Part shown: positions 46,378 through 55,079 of the stretch, piece after piece
Layout of the letters: each line of letters starts with the position of its first letter
Position numbering within the stretch: position 1 is the stretch's first letter
DNA from: an uncultured Alphaproteobacteria bacterium
GTDB lineage: Bacteria > Pseudomonadota > Alphaproteobacteria > Rs-D84
Assembly (NCBI GenBank): GCA_944390225.1
Contig: CALXPB010000001.1
Location: 16,408 to 80,407, forward strand
DNA length: 64,000 bases
Direction: 5' to 3'
Made by a program: the position numbers and the translations under genes
Notes under the pieces: model-generated
Database searches by the model: none
Told to the model about the DNA's origin: nothing
Seen by the model: only the letters and a program-made list of their open reading frames with translations

Positions 46378-46412
46378 AGCATATTCAGGTCTGTGTATGA
46401 CCTGAATATGCT
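46378..46412 (+). terminator. Long perfect hairpin after OMP gene
   Basis: AGCATATTCAGGTC-TGTGTAT-GACCTGAATATGCT (14-bp stem). The downstream tract is only weakly T-rich. Confidence 0.55.
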
Positions 46413-46442
46413 AAATAATTATTTTTTATGTCGGGGGAGAGA

Positions 46443-47168
46443 ATGCGTAAAATTTTTTCAGTTTTTTTTGCACCTTTATTGGCTCTTACTTTTATAAATA
46501 GCCCTGTAAATGCAAATGTTTTAGACAGAGATACTTCAGACCCTTTATATATGTTAAAAATAGAAGACGTCCTTTCTCAGACTTCTTTAACATATTGGGA
46601 TAACGTCTTACGTTTAGGACAAACTTTTTCTTACGGTTTAAATAATCGTCTTACGATTTCTGCTAATGTTCATTATCAACAAGATTTTGACGGGCCAGAA
46701 GACGGTTTTTCTAGCATAGATTTAGGCGGAATTTATCGTGTCGGCATGGCAGATGGAAACAGTGCACACCTAATTTCAGATGTGTTATTCGGTTTGAAAT
46801 TTGGTGGCAGTTCTCGTGTTCGAACTCCTTATTTTGCTGATTCTACATACTATGCAGGGTACCGCTTTGGACGTCAATGGGCAGGGCTTACTCTGGCCGC
46901 AACAATTAAGTCTAGTTGGATCTTTGACGAGGTTCGTGGTATGGCCTATATAGATTTCGTACCAGAAGCGTATTTCCGGATAAACCAAGATTGGCGCTTG
47001 GGAACAAGTTTTACTTTACGTAAAGCAACAAATCCTCACTATAATCAAGAGTGGTTGGGTGGAAAAATCGTCCGTCAATATGGACGTACACAGTATATCG
47101 GACATCTGGATTATGAATTTGAAAGTAATGAATTACAAGTCGGAGCAAAGGTAAATATTTTATTCTAA
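46443..47168 (+). CDS. Hypothetical small outer-membrane beta-barrel protein
   Basis: GGGGGAGA SD. Signal peptide ..NSPVNA/NV. C-terminal ..GAKVNILF. Confidence 0.55.
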   Translation: MRKIFSVFFAPLLALTFINSPVNANVLDRDTSDPLYMLKIEDVLSQTSLTYWDNVLRLGQTFSYGLNNRLTISANVHYQQDFDGPEDGFSSIDLGGIYRVGMADGNSAHLISDVLFGLKFGGSSRVRTPYFADSTYYAGYRFGRQWAGLTLAATIKSSWIFDEVRGMAYIDFVPEAYFRINQDWRLGTSFTLRKATNPHYNQEWLGGKIVRQYGRTQYIGHLDYEFESNELQVGAKVNILF

Positions 47169-47176
47169 AATACTGA

Positions 47177-47218
47177 TACCATTGTGAAATTAAATAAAAT
47201 CACAGTGGTATTTTTTTT
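47177..47218 (+). terminator. Rho-independent terminator
   Basis: TACCATTGTGA ... TCACAGTGGTA (one G:U pair) plus T8. Confidence 0.7.
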
Positions 47219-47269
47219 ATTTGATTTTGTTGACATTTATCAGTTTTTGTGTAATTATCGTCGCTTGTG

Positions 47270-48235
47270 ATGAATGAAAAAATTATTTTTGTATTTCCTG
47301 GACAAGGTACCCAGTATATTGGTATGGGTAAGGACTTGTTTAAGGAGTTTGCAGTTGTTAGGTATACATTTGCAGAGATATCTGATATTTCTCATAGGGA
47401 TGTTGCAAAGATTTGTTTTGAAGGACCGAAAGAAGATTTAAATAAACCCGAAAATACTTCTTTGGGAATTTTTGCTCATTCTGTATCTGTTTCAAGAATA
47501 ATAGAAGAAAAATTTGATTGTCCATTATATGAAATGGGATATGCAATTACGGGACATTCAATGGGGCAATATTCTGCACTGTATTGTGTCGGAAGCGTTT
47601 CAATGGCAGATTTTGTTCATCTGTTGTCAGCCAGGGCTTCTTATATGTCTATGAATAGTAAAGAAAAAGGTGGCGGAATGGCCTGCATAATTGGCTTGTC
47701 TAAAGAAGATGTGGAAAGTTCTTTAATTGCTACAACAGGTCATGGATATGTAGCAATTGCTAATCATAATGCGCATGATCAATTTATAATTAGTGGGCAA
47801 AACGGTGCGCTGGAAGCAGTTATAACACGTGCAAGAGATAAGGGTGCAAAGATTGCAAAACGATTGAATATTGCAATACCTGCTCATTGTGCGTTGATGC
47901 ATAATGCGGAGATTTTATTACGAAAAAAATTGGAAAACATTAATATTAAACCACCAAGAACTAATTGGTTTTCAAATCAAACCGCAAATGTTATGGTTAA
48001 TCCGTTAGATGTAAAAGATGCTTTGGTTAATCAAATTACGCACGGTGTTAGTTGGATGGAAATAATGGAAAATTTCCCGAAATACAACATTACATGTGCG
48101 TACGAATTAGGACCTGGTAATACTTTGACCAGATTAATAAATCGCGCAGATGTAGGGTGTTTTGCAACTTCGACAGACAATATTGATAATGTTAAAAATA
48201 TGCTTAAAGAACTAGAAAAACAGAAGGCTCGTTAA
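47270..48235 (+). CDS. fabD: ACP S-malonyltransferase
   Basis: FVFPGQGTQYIGMG, GHSMGQYSAL. TTGACA (47230-47235) lies upstream. Confidence 0.9.
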   Translation: MNEKIIFVFPGQGTQYIGMGKDLFKEFAVVRYTFAEISDISHRDVAKICFEGPKEDLNKPENTSLGIFAHSVSVSRIIEEKFDCPLYEMGYAITGHSMGQYSALYCVGSVSMADFVHLLSARASYMSMNSKEKGGGMACIIGLSKEDVESSLIATTGHGYVAIANHNAHDQFIISGQNGALEAVITRARDKGAKIAKRLNIAIPAHCALMHNAEILLRKKLENINIKPPRTNWFSNQTANVMVNPLDVKDALVNQITHGVSWMEIMENFPKYNITCAYELGPGNTLTRLINRADVGCFATSTDNIDNVKNMLKELEKQKAR

Positions 48236-49512
48236 ATTTTTTTATTAATTTTTGCACGCAAAGAATCCCAATACTCTAAACGTTTTTTAATTTCTCTTTC
48301 AAAACCGCGTTCTATAGGATTATAAAATTTTTGACGCGGCATTTTTTCCGGGAAACAATTCTGACCACTAAAACCAGATTCTGTATTCGGTTCATAAATA
48401 TATCCTGCGCCATACCCCATTTCTTGCATCATTTTTGTCGGTGCATTTAATATGTTTTTAGGTGGCATTAAACTTCCTGTATCCCGCGCTGACCTGTATG
48501 CAGCACTTTGCGCACGATAATTTGCAGTGCTTTTTGGAGCCGTACCAAGATATATTACAAGTTCCGTTAATGCAAGATCCCCTTCGGGACTACCCATACG
48601 TTCATATATTTGCCATGCTGTTAAGGCCATTTGCATAGCATTTGGATCTGCAAGGCCTATATCTTCCATTGCAAATCTGCTTAGGCGTCTAAATAAATAC
48701 ATCGGATCTTGCCCCGATGTCATCATACGAGCCGTCCAATATAATGCTGCATCTGTGTCACTAGCGCGTAAAGATTTATGTACCGCAGATATTAAATTAT
48801 AATGCTCGTCTCCGCTTTTGTCAGATAAAGGAGCGCGTTTTTGTATTGCTTTGTCTAATGCCTCAGACGTCAGAGGCTTTTTAAAATTTGCAGATAATAA
48901 ATATTCTATGGTATTTAATAGAAATCTGGCGTCTCCGTCTGACATCTGTGCAAGATGTGTTCGTGCACTTTCGTCCAGAGGTAATTTTTTGTTTAGAAAG
49001 TTTTCTGCCCGAAGCATAAGTTTCATCAAGTCTTCTGTTGATAAAGGCTGTAATACGCCAATGTGACATCTTGATAGTAAAGCATTATTTAAATTAAAAC
49101 TGGGGTTTTCTGTTGTTGCACCCATAAAAACTACTGTACCATCTTCCAAATACGGTAATAGAGTATCTTGTTGAGTTTTGTTAAAACGATGTATTTCATC
49201 GATAAACAATAAAGTGTTTCTACCTATTTCGCGATTCATTCGCGCGGCTTCCATCGCTTTTTTTATATCTGCTGTGCCAGAAAATACGGCGGACATAGGG
49301 ACAAAGTCCATGTCTACTGATTTTGCAAGAGCCCGTGCAATTGTCGTCTTCCCACATCCTGGGGGACCCCAAAGTATTAGATTTGATAATTTGTGGTTTT
49401 CTACCATACGTCTAACCAGACCGCTTTCTCCAAGTATCTGATTTTGCCCGACAATATCATCTATGCTTGTAGGGCGCATTAAATCTGCAAGAGGTCTGGT
49501 TTCGCTTTTCAT
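48232..49512 (-). CDS. rarA: Replication-associated recombination protein A (MgsA/RarA AAA+ ATPase)
   Basis: LILWGPPGCGKTT, LFIDEIHRFNK, C-terminal MgsA domain. Convergent 4-nt overlap with fabD. Confidence 0.9.
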   Translation of the reverse strand: MKSETRPLADLMRPTSIDDIVGQNQILGESGLVRRMVENHKLSNLILWGPPGCGKTTIARALAKSVDMDFVPMSAVFSGTADIKKAMEAARMNREIGRNTLLFIDEIHRFNKTQQDTLLPYLEDGTVVFMGATTENPSFNLNNALLSRCHIGVLQPLSTEDLMKLMLRAENFLNKKLPLDESARTHLAQMSDGDARFLLNTIEYLLSANFKKPLTSEALDKAIQKRAPLSDKSGDEHYNLISAVHKSLRASDTDAALYWTARMMTSGQDPMYLFRRLSRFAMEDIGLADPNAMQMALTAWQIYERMGSPEGDLALTELVIYLGTAPKSTANYRAQSAAYRSARDTGSLMPPKNILNAPTKMMQEMGYGAGYIYEPNTESGFSGQNCFPEKMPRQKFYNPIERGFEREIKKRLEYWDSLRAKINKKI

Positions 49513-49589
49513 TTTTTGTTTTACTTGTATTTTATTTATAATTTATTTGTGATATAATTAATTGTATTAAATAAACAAAGGTTTATCAA

Positions 49590-49955
49590 TTGTTAAATAA
49601 TAATAAAAACTCAGATTTTACTTTGGCTGTGGCTAATCTAGCAGCAGCGGCTATGTCGGCGAACCCATCTCTTACAATAGAGGCCGCAGTAAAGGCGGCA
49701 CGTGAATCTTTGCGCGGAACTTCTGTAACTCCGCAGCAGATTGCCGATTCTGTTCAATCAGATAAAATTCAATGCCTTGAAGACGGAACATGGCACGTTA
49801 TGCTGAGACGTTATATAAAACGAAAATTTAATTTAACTCCCCAACAGTATCGTGAAAAATGGGGATTGCCAGACGATTATCCATTCGTTGCCTCTAAGTA
49901 TTCTGTAAAACGTTCTAAAATAGCCAAAAAAACTGGACTTGGGAAAAATAAATAA
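49590..49955 (+). CDS. MucR/Ros family transcriptional regulator
   Basis: C-terminal IQCLEDGTWHVMLRRYIKRKFNLTPQQYREKWGLPDDYPFVASKYS. TTG start inferred. Confidence 0.8.
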   Translation: MLNNNKNSDFTLAVANLAAAAMSANPSLTIEAAVKAARESLRGTSVTPQQIADSVQSDKIQCLEDGTWHVMLRRYIKRKFNLTPQQYREKWGLPDDYPFVASKYSVKRSKIAKKTGLGKNK

Positions 49956-49968
49956 AAAGGCTCAGATA

Positions 49969-51891
49969 ATGACAGATAAATTTAGAAATATTGTTGCACA
50001 ACCAGAAGAGCTAGCAAAAAAATTACGTAAAGCAATAGAAAAAACTAAACCCATAAAATTTATTGATGAACAGAGTAAAAATAAATCTGGTGAACCAAAC
50101 AGTCGTGAAAAAGTAATTGATACTGCAAAAAAAACTGCTTTGGTGACTGCCAAAGGAGTAGGGTGGCTTGCAGCAGGTGGGGCGCAATTTTTACTAACTC
50201 TGTCCAGATGGATCGCACTAGATAATTCCTTGTTGCGAAAAATGGAAGATATGTACAGAAATAGAAAAGTTCAAAAAAATAAGAAAGGGAAAAATAAAAA
50301 TTTACAATCTTTTACTAAAAAGTATCCGAATTTATCGGCTCATATACTTTGGTATTTTTTGCTGGCAGCAGTAATAGGTGGTGTAAAAGTATCTGTAGAT
50401 AATGGAAAGAAAATCGTTTCTACATATAAAGAAATGAAAACAGATAAAGAAATAGCAGAAAGCACAAAAGGAACTTACGCGGCATTTTTAAATAAAATGA
50501 AGCCAATAACCCCATTTTTAATAGCAGATTTAATAGCGAAAGAAGGTGTTCATATTGATAAAAAAACAGGTTTACATACACCTTATAGGGACTCAAAAGG
50601 GATACCGACAATCGGATTTGGATCTACAATTTTGAAAGATGGCACCAGTGTTACTATGAACACAAAACCAATAACAACTGAAGAGGCTTATGAATTAGCG
50701 CGTTGGCATTTGGAAGATGGTGAAACTTATTTTGTATTGTATTGTTATGATGTTGCAATTGATGGTATAAACGTTAACACGACAAACGAGGCTTTGGGTA
50801 TGAGTTCTATAATTTATAACTCTTATTCAAAATTGATAGAAAATAAAAACGACAGAAACCATAGGGAAAGATTTAGCGAATTAAGACTTTTATATGATAA
50901 GTATGGTTATGCTTTACCAGATTCTTTGGTGAAAGAAATATTTGATAAGTACCCAATAAATTCTCCAACAAGTTTTGGTAAGTCTTGGTTGGAAAACGAT
51001 AATAAAGAGATTACTGCTAATAAACTTGGCGGATTTCTTGTCGGGGGAAGAGGACTTTTTTGGAGACGTTGGTTAGAGGCAGGGCTTTTTACAGGTTATA
51101 TTACGCCACAAATGTTATTGGAATGCCCGTCTAATGGGATGTACGAATTTTTTAAAGTAATGGGAAAAAAGAAAAACGCTTTTTTTACGGGTGATATAGA
51201 AAACAGGCGTGTTAATAAACAAACATTCGAGATTTTTAAAGAATGGCTGAAAGATCCTGTTGATGAGAAAGGTAATTCTCTAGAAAACTGGCCAAAGGTA
51301 AAAGAACATTTACCAAAAGAAGTTTTAGTTTTTTGTGAACAAGGTAAATGTGAATTTGGTAACGAATATTTTGAAGAAATAATTAAAAAACGAGAACCAG
51401 AAGAAATAAAAACTTATGTTCTGGGTTATGATGATATGTATAATCAAGCTTTAAATGCTTTTAATAATGAAGATTTTAAATTGGCCGCAATCGAGTTTGA
51501 AAAGATGATTCGCAAATATCCTAATAATGCTTTATTGCATAATGATTTGGCTGCAACTTATAACAAACTTGGAAAATACGATGATGCAATAAAACAGGCT
51601 CGTATAGTTTTGTTTGAGATTGGTGATAAAAGTCAATATGGAGCAGCCCAATATAATGCCGGTATTGCATATGAAAAAAAGAACGATTTAAAAAATGCTT
51701 TAAAAAATTATAAATTAGCCGTTAAAAATGGTAATAAAAAAGTCAAATATAATCTAAACAGAGTGCAGAAAAAACTGCAAAAAAATAAAACCATTGAGTT
51801 TTTTCAGGCGGAAAATAATATAAAGAAAGATAATGTTATAGATAATAAAGACACAATATTTTCTATTTCAGATAAAACAAATTTATTATAA
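49969..51891 (+). CDS. Membrane-anchored GH24 (T4-type) lysozyme-like protein with C-terminal TPR repeats
   Basis: Two TM segments. Motif EGVHIDKKTGLHTPYRDSKGIPTIGFGS (E..D..T of T4 lysozyme). TPR-like ..YNQALNAFNNEDFKLAAIEFEKMIRKYPNNALLHNDLAATYNKLGKYDDAI. Confidence 0.65.
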   Translation: MTDKFRNIVAQPEELAKKLRKAIEKTKPIKFIDEQSKNKSGEPNSREKVIDTAKKTALVTAKGVGWLAAGGAQFLLTLSRWIALDNSLLRKMEDMYRNRKVQKNKKGKNKNLQSFTKKYPNLSAHILWYFLLAAVIGGVKVSVDNGKKIVSTYKEMKTDKEIAESTKGTYAAFLNKMKPITPFLIADLIAKEGVHIDKKTGLHTPYRDSKGIPTIGFGSTILKDGTSVTMNTKPITTEEAYELARWHLEDGETYFVLYCYDVAIDGINVNTTNEALGMSSIIYNSYSKLIENKNDRNHRERFSELRLLYDKYGYALPDSLVKEIFDKYPINSPTSFGKSWLENDNKEITANKLGGFLVGGRGLFWRRWLEAGLFTGYITPQMLLECPSNGMYEFFKVMGKKKNAFFTGDIENRRVNKQTFEIFKEWLKDPVDEKGNSLENWPKVKEHLPKEVLVFCEQGKCEFGNEYFEEIIKKREPEEIKTYVLGYDDMYNQALNAFNNEDFKLAAIEFEKMIRKYPNNALLHNDLAATYNKLGKYDDAIKQARIVLFEIGDKSQYGAAQYNAGIAYEKKNDLKNALKNYKLAVKNGNKKVKYNLNRVQKKLQKNKTIEFFQAENNIKKDNVIDNKDTIFSISDKTNLL

Positions 51892-51901
51892 GGATAGTCT
51901 T

Positions 51902-53914
51902 ATGAAAGTTTTTATCAGTTATAATGATAATAGATGGAAAAAATACCATATAGATTTTGCAGAAATTGCAAACGCCGTTGTTGAACATACTAATAAAAAC
52001 GCCGAGGTTTCAATTGTTTTAACAAACGATACAGAAATTCACGAATTAAATAAAAAATATAGAAATATTGACAAGCCCACTAACGTTTTATCTTTTGAAT
52101 TAGATGATGATATTTTATTGGGAGATATTTATATATCTTTGGATACCGTTTTTCGTGAAGCAGATGAACTAGGTATATCTGTTGAAGACCATACCGCTCA
52201 TATGGTTGTACACGGGGTTTTACATTTATTGGGCTATGATCATATTAAAGATGAAGACGCAATTGTTATGGAATCAAAGGAAATAAAAGTGCTTAAAAAA
52301 CTAGGTATAAAAAATCCCTATGAATCAGAGTTAAACATTTGTTGTGATTCTTCTTGTTGTCCTGGTGGTCGTTTGCTTTCTTGGTTAAAAAAACTTAAAA
52401 TTCGTAAAAATAGTTTAGAGCAATATATTTTATTGTTTCTATTAGGTGGTATCGCTTCGCTTGGCTTTGCACCGTTTTATATGTGGTGGGCTACTGTTAT
52501 TGCCATTGCGTGTGCGTATAAATTAATTGTGCGCTCTGCAAATAAGAGTGACGGTTTATTTAAATGCTTTTTACGGGTCTTGCCGTTTAGTGCAACTTAT
52601 GCAGTTTCTATGTTTTGGTGGGTTTTACATTCTATATACGTTGTACCAGAATTAGCAACTCAGTTTGCAATATGGACTGCACCTGGAATATTGAGTATCG
52701 CGCTTGTCGGAGGTTTTGTTTTTTCTATTCCTTTTGTTGTAATATCTCGTATGTGCACGGTTCCTGCATATAGACCGATTTTTTTCGCTGCAACTTGGAC
52801 TTTTGTTTTATGGCTGCGAGAATGGTTGTTTACAGGTTTCCCTTGGAATCCAATTGCAAATATAACAATGACTTTACCTGTTTTGGCAAACTCTATGTCT
52901 GTGTTTGGGGCCTTGGGATTATCTTTCATTATAATAGGTTTAACCGCAACGATAGTAGAGTTGTTATCAGATAAAAAATCAAAAATAAATTGGTTAAATT
53001 TTTTAATTTTTATAATGCTTGGTGTTATAGGATCTATGCTCGGATATCGTAATATCCAAATTGCGCAAAAAGAAGAAAATATTTCTCCTGTTATTCGTGT
53101 CGTGCAACCCGCACAAAGTGCTGTTCAAAAGGCGTCTCATTCCAGAGCTGAAGCACTGAAAAACGCAGAAGAAAATATTAAAAATTTAATATTACTAGCA
53201 GTTGCTCCATATAAACCTGATTTAATAATTTTCCCCGAGACCTCTTACCCTTTTGTCGTAGTCAGAGATGATGTTTTGCCTATTGCTGATGCTATACAGG
53301 CTAAGGTTTTAATAGGCGCCACATCTTATGATGAAAAAGGTTTACATAATTCTATGCTAATTCTTTCGCCAGACGGTGTAATTCAAAATATTTATAGTAA
53401 ATCTCATCTTGTGCCGTTCGGAGAATACAGACCTTTCGGAGATCTTATACCTACTCCGGGGCAATTGGTTGCAGGTAACGGACCAGAAATTTTTACTTTA
53501 AAAATTAATGAAAAAGATTTTTCATTTATCCCGGCAATATGCTATGAGATAATTTTTTCTGATTCTTTGCAACCCCAAGAAAATATGCATATAGACGCGA
53601 TAGTTAATATCACAAATGATACCTGGTTCGGGAAAACACCAGGAACATATCAACATCTTGATATGGTGCGGAGATATGCGATTGAATCTGGATTACCTAT
53701 TATAAGAGCAAATTATTCTGGAATTAGTGCCTTTATATCTTCTGATGGTGAAATAATTTCTTATTTACCAATAGGTCAAGTTGGTCATCTGGACGGATTT
53801 GTGTGGGGAGCGCATAAAACTCTATATCGTACTGTCGGACGTGACGGCTGGATGATAATTATATTGGCGTTTTCGATTATATATGTTGCTATATTGGATA
53901 AAAGAAGAAAATAA
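51902..53914 (+). CDS. Fusion protein: YbeY endoribonuclease domain plus apolipoprotein N-acyltransferase (Lnt)
   Basis: One uninterrupted 670-codon ORF. N-terminus HGVLHLLGYDH (YbeY Zn site). A Cys-rich linker ICCDSSCCPGG, then Lnt TMs and nitrilase domain (FPE.., K in YSKSHLVPFGEY, C in PAICYEIIF, NITNDTWFG). Confidence 0.8.
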   Translation: MKVFISYNDNRWKKYHIDFAEIANAVVEHTNKNAEVSIVLTNDTEIHELNKKYRNIDKPTNVLSFELDDDILLGDIYISLDTVFREADELGISVEDHTAHMVVHGVLHLLGYDHIKDEDAIVMESKEIKVLKKLGIKNPYESELNICCDSSCCPGGRLLSWLKKLKIRKNSLEQYILLFLLGGIASLGFAPFYMWWATVIAIACAYKLIVRSANKSDGLFKCFLRVLPFSATYAVSMFWWVLHSIYVVPELATQFAIWTAPGILSIALVGGFVFSIPFVVISRMCTVPAYRPIFFAATWTFVLWLREWLFTGFPWNPIANITMTLPVLANSMSVFGALGLSFIIIGLTATIVELLSDKKSKINWLNFLIFIMLGVIGSMLGYRNIQIAQKEENISPVIRVVQPAQSAVQKASHSRAEALKNAEENIKNLILLAVAPYKPDLIIFPETSYPFVVVRDDVLPIADAIQAKVLIGATSYDEKGLHNSMLILSPDGVIQNIYSKSHLVPFGEYRPFGDLIPTPGQLVAGNGPEIFTLKINEKDFSFIPAICYEIIFSDSLQPQENMHIDAIVNITNDTWFGKTPGTYQHLDMVRRYAIESGLPIIRANYSGISAFISSDGEIISYLPIGQVGHLDGFVWGAHKTLYRTVGRDGWMIIILAFSIIYVAILDKRRK

Positions 53915-53918
53915 AAAA

Positions 53919-54122
53919 TTATTTTTTTACTTGTTTTAAAACCCATACTCGTATAGCAGAGGATAAATTTTCTTCGGGGCTACGTATAGAGTCAATTTCT
54001 GATATTATTGAAGCAATAGATTTTTTTTGCTCTTTTGCAATTTTTTGCAGGCATTCTATGAATTCTGGCTCCATTGATATGCTCGTTTGGTGACCTGATA
54101 AAGAAACAGATAACTTCTTCAT
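53919..54122 (-). CDS. Ribbon-helix-helix (RHH_4/PF13467-like) protein
   Basis: LSVSLSGHQTSISMEPEFIECLQKIAKEQKKSIASIISEID...NLSSAIRVWVL. ATG at 54122 is preferred (ORF-track TTG at 54143). Confidence 0.7.
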   Translation of the reverse strand: MKKLSVSLSGHQTSISMEPEFIECLQKIAKEQKKSIASIISEIDSIRSPEENLSSAIRVWVLKQVKK

Positions 54123-54126
54123 GTCT

Positions 54127-54561
54127 TTAATTTTTCCCCGCAATTAAACAATCTGTTAATGCCTTATATGAATCGTCATATTTACGTAATGTCTTTAAGT
54201 TTAAGTTGTCCAACATAAAACATTTACCAAAAGAATCAAAAGCAAACCAAAATAAATCATTCCTGCCAAAAACTGTTTTACCACGCATTTGTGGGTGTTT
54301 TATTACAGGACGATTTATATCAATAATGTTAGGTACGGGAAAATTTATACCGATATTAAATTCAGATGGACCAAATATATATCCACTACCAAGATTTATG
54401 CCTCCTGTTTTTATATATAGTTTTTGTATGAAATCTGGTATCATAGCAGCATACATTTGTTGCAGATAGGTATTTGTTATTTTTATATCTTTTTCAGGTA
54501 CGCTAGGCGCAAAATAGGCACCTTGGGATTTCATTGTAGATAAAAATTCTTCTTGTGTCAC
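54127..54561 (-). CDS. SUKH/SMI1-KNR4-like protein (putative immunity-type fold)
   Basis: IPDFIQKLYIKTGGINLGSGYIFG and LFWFAFDSFGKCFMLD match the SUKH pattern (LPxDYxxFxxxxNGG ... FaxDgxGnxxcxD). GTG start with a GGGGG SD. Confidence 0.5.
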   Translation of the reverse strand: MTQEEFLSTMKSQGAYFAPSVPEKDIKITNTYLQQMYAAMIPDFIQKLYIKTGGINLGSGYIFGPSEFNIGINFPVPNIIDINRPVIKHPQMRGKTVFGRNDLFWFAFDSFGKCFMLDNLNLKTLRKYDDSYKALTDCLIAGKN

Positions 54562-54575
54562 GGTTGCCCCCGTTC

Positions 54576-55079
54576 TTATATGTCCCTGTCATTTGCCAAT
54601 TGGGCCGCAAGTTGAGATAACCTGTCTTCTGTTGCATTACCACCGTCGCCCCCAGATGCCGTGTGGGTGGGTACGTAAACCTTTTTTGCCGGATTCGGTA
54701 ACCATATGTTGTCGTTTCCTTGTTGATCTATGATGAATAAGTCAAGATTATGAGATTGTGGAAATGTTCGGCACATAAAAAGATTTTCTAATTCTAATTT
54801 TCCGCCCCATACCAGTGGTATTCTGAAACGTATAGACAGATTTTCAGGTAGTTTTCGCCCCATTATTAATTCCATAAAATCGTCTTGCTTTATGTTCATA
54901 AATACTAATTCTTGTACAGAATCGGTTAAAGAAGACATAAATTCTCGGCATAATTTTTTATATGTTTTAAACCAATCTGGTGATACAGTGCATAAACTGG
55001 GCGTTATATTCATCAGCGGCATATCTTTCATATTCATACCCGCTAGTTTTTTTTCTGCTGTTTCCTTACTTATCTGCAT
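54576..55079 (-). CDS. Hypothetical protein with HNH (beta-beta-alpha-Me)-like motif lacking the canonical first His
   Basis: SIRFRIPLVWGGKLELENLFMCRTFPQSHNLD resembles DH-I-x-P-x3-GG-x5-NL-x3-C-x6-H. TGATG overlap with the upstream gene. Confidence 0.45.
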   Translation of the reverse strand: MQISKETAEKKLAGMNMKDMPLMNITPSLCTVSPDWFKTYKKLCREFMSSLTDSVQELVFMNIKQDDFMELIMGRKLPENLSIRFRIPLVWGGKLELENLFMCRTFPQSHNLDLFIIDQQGNDNIWLPNPAKKVYVPTHTASGGDGGNATEDRLSQLAAQLANDRDI

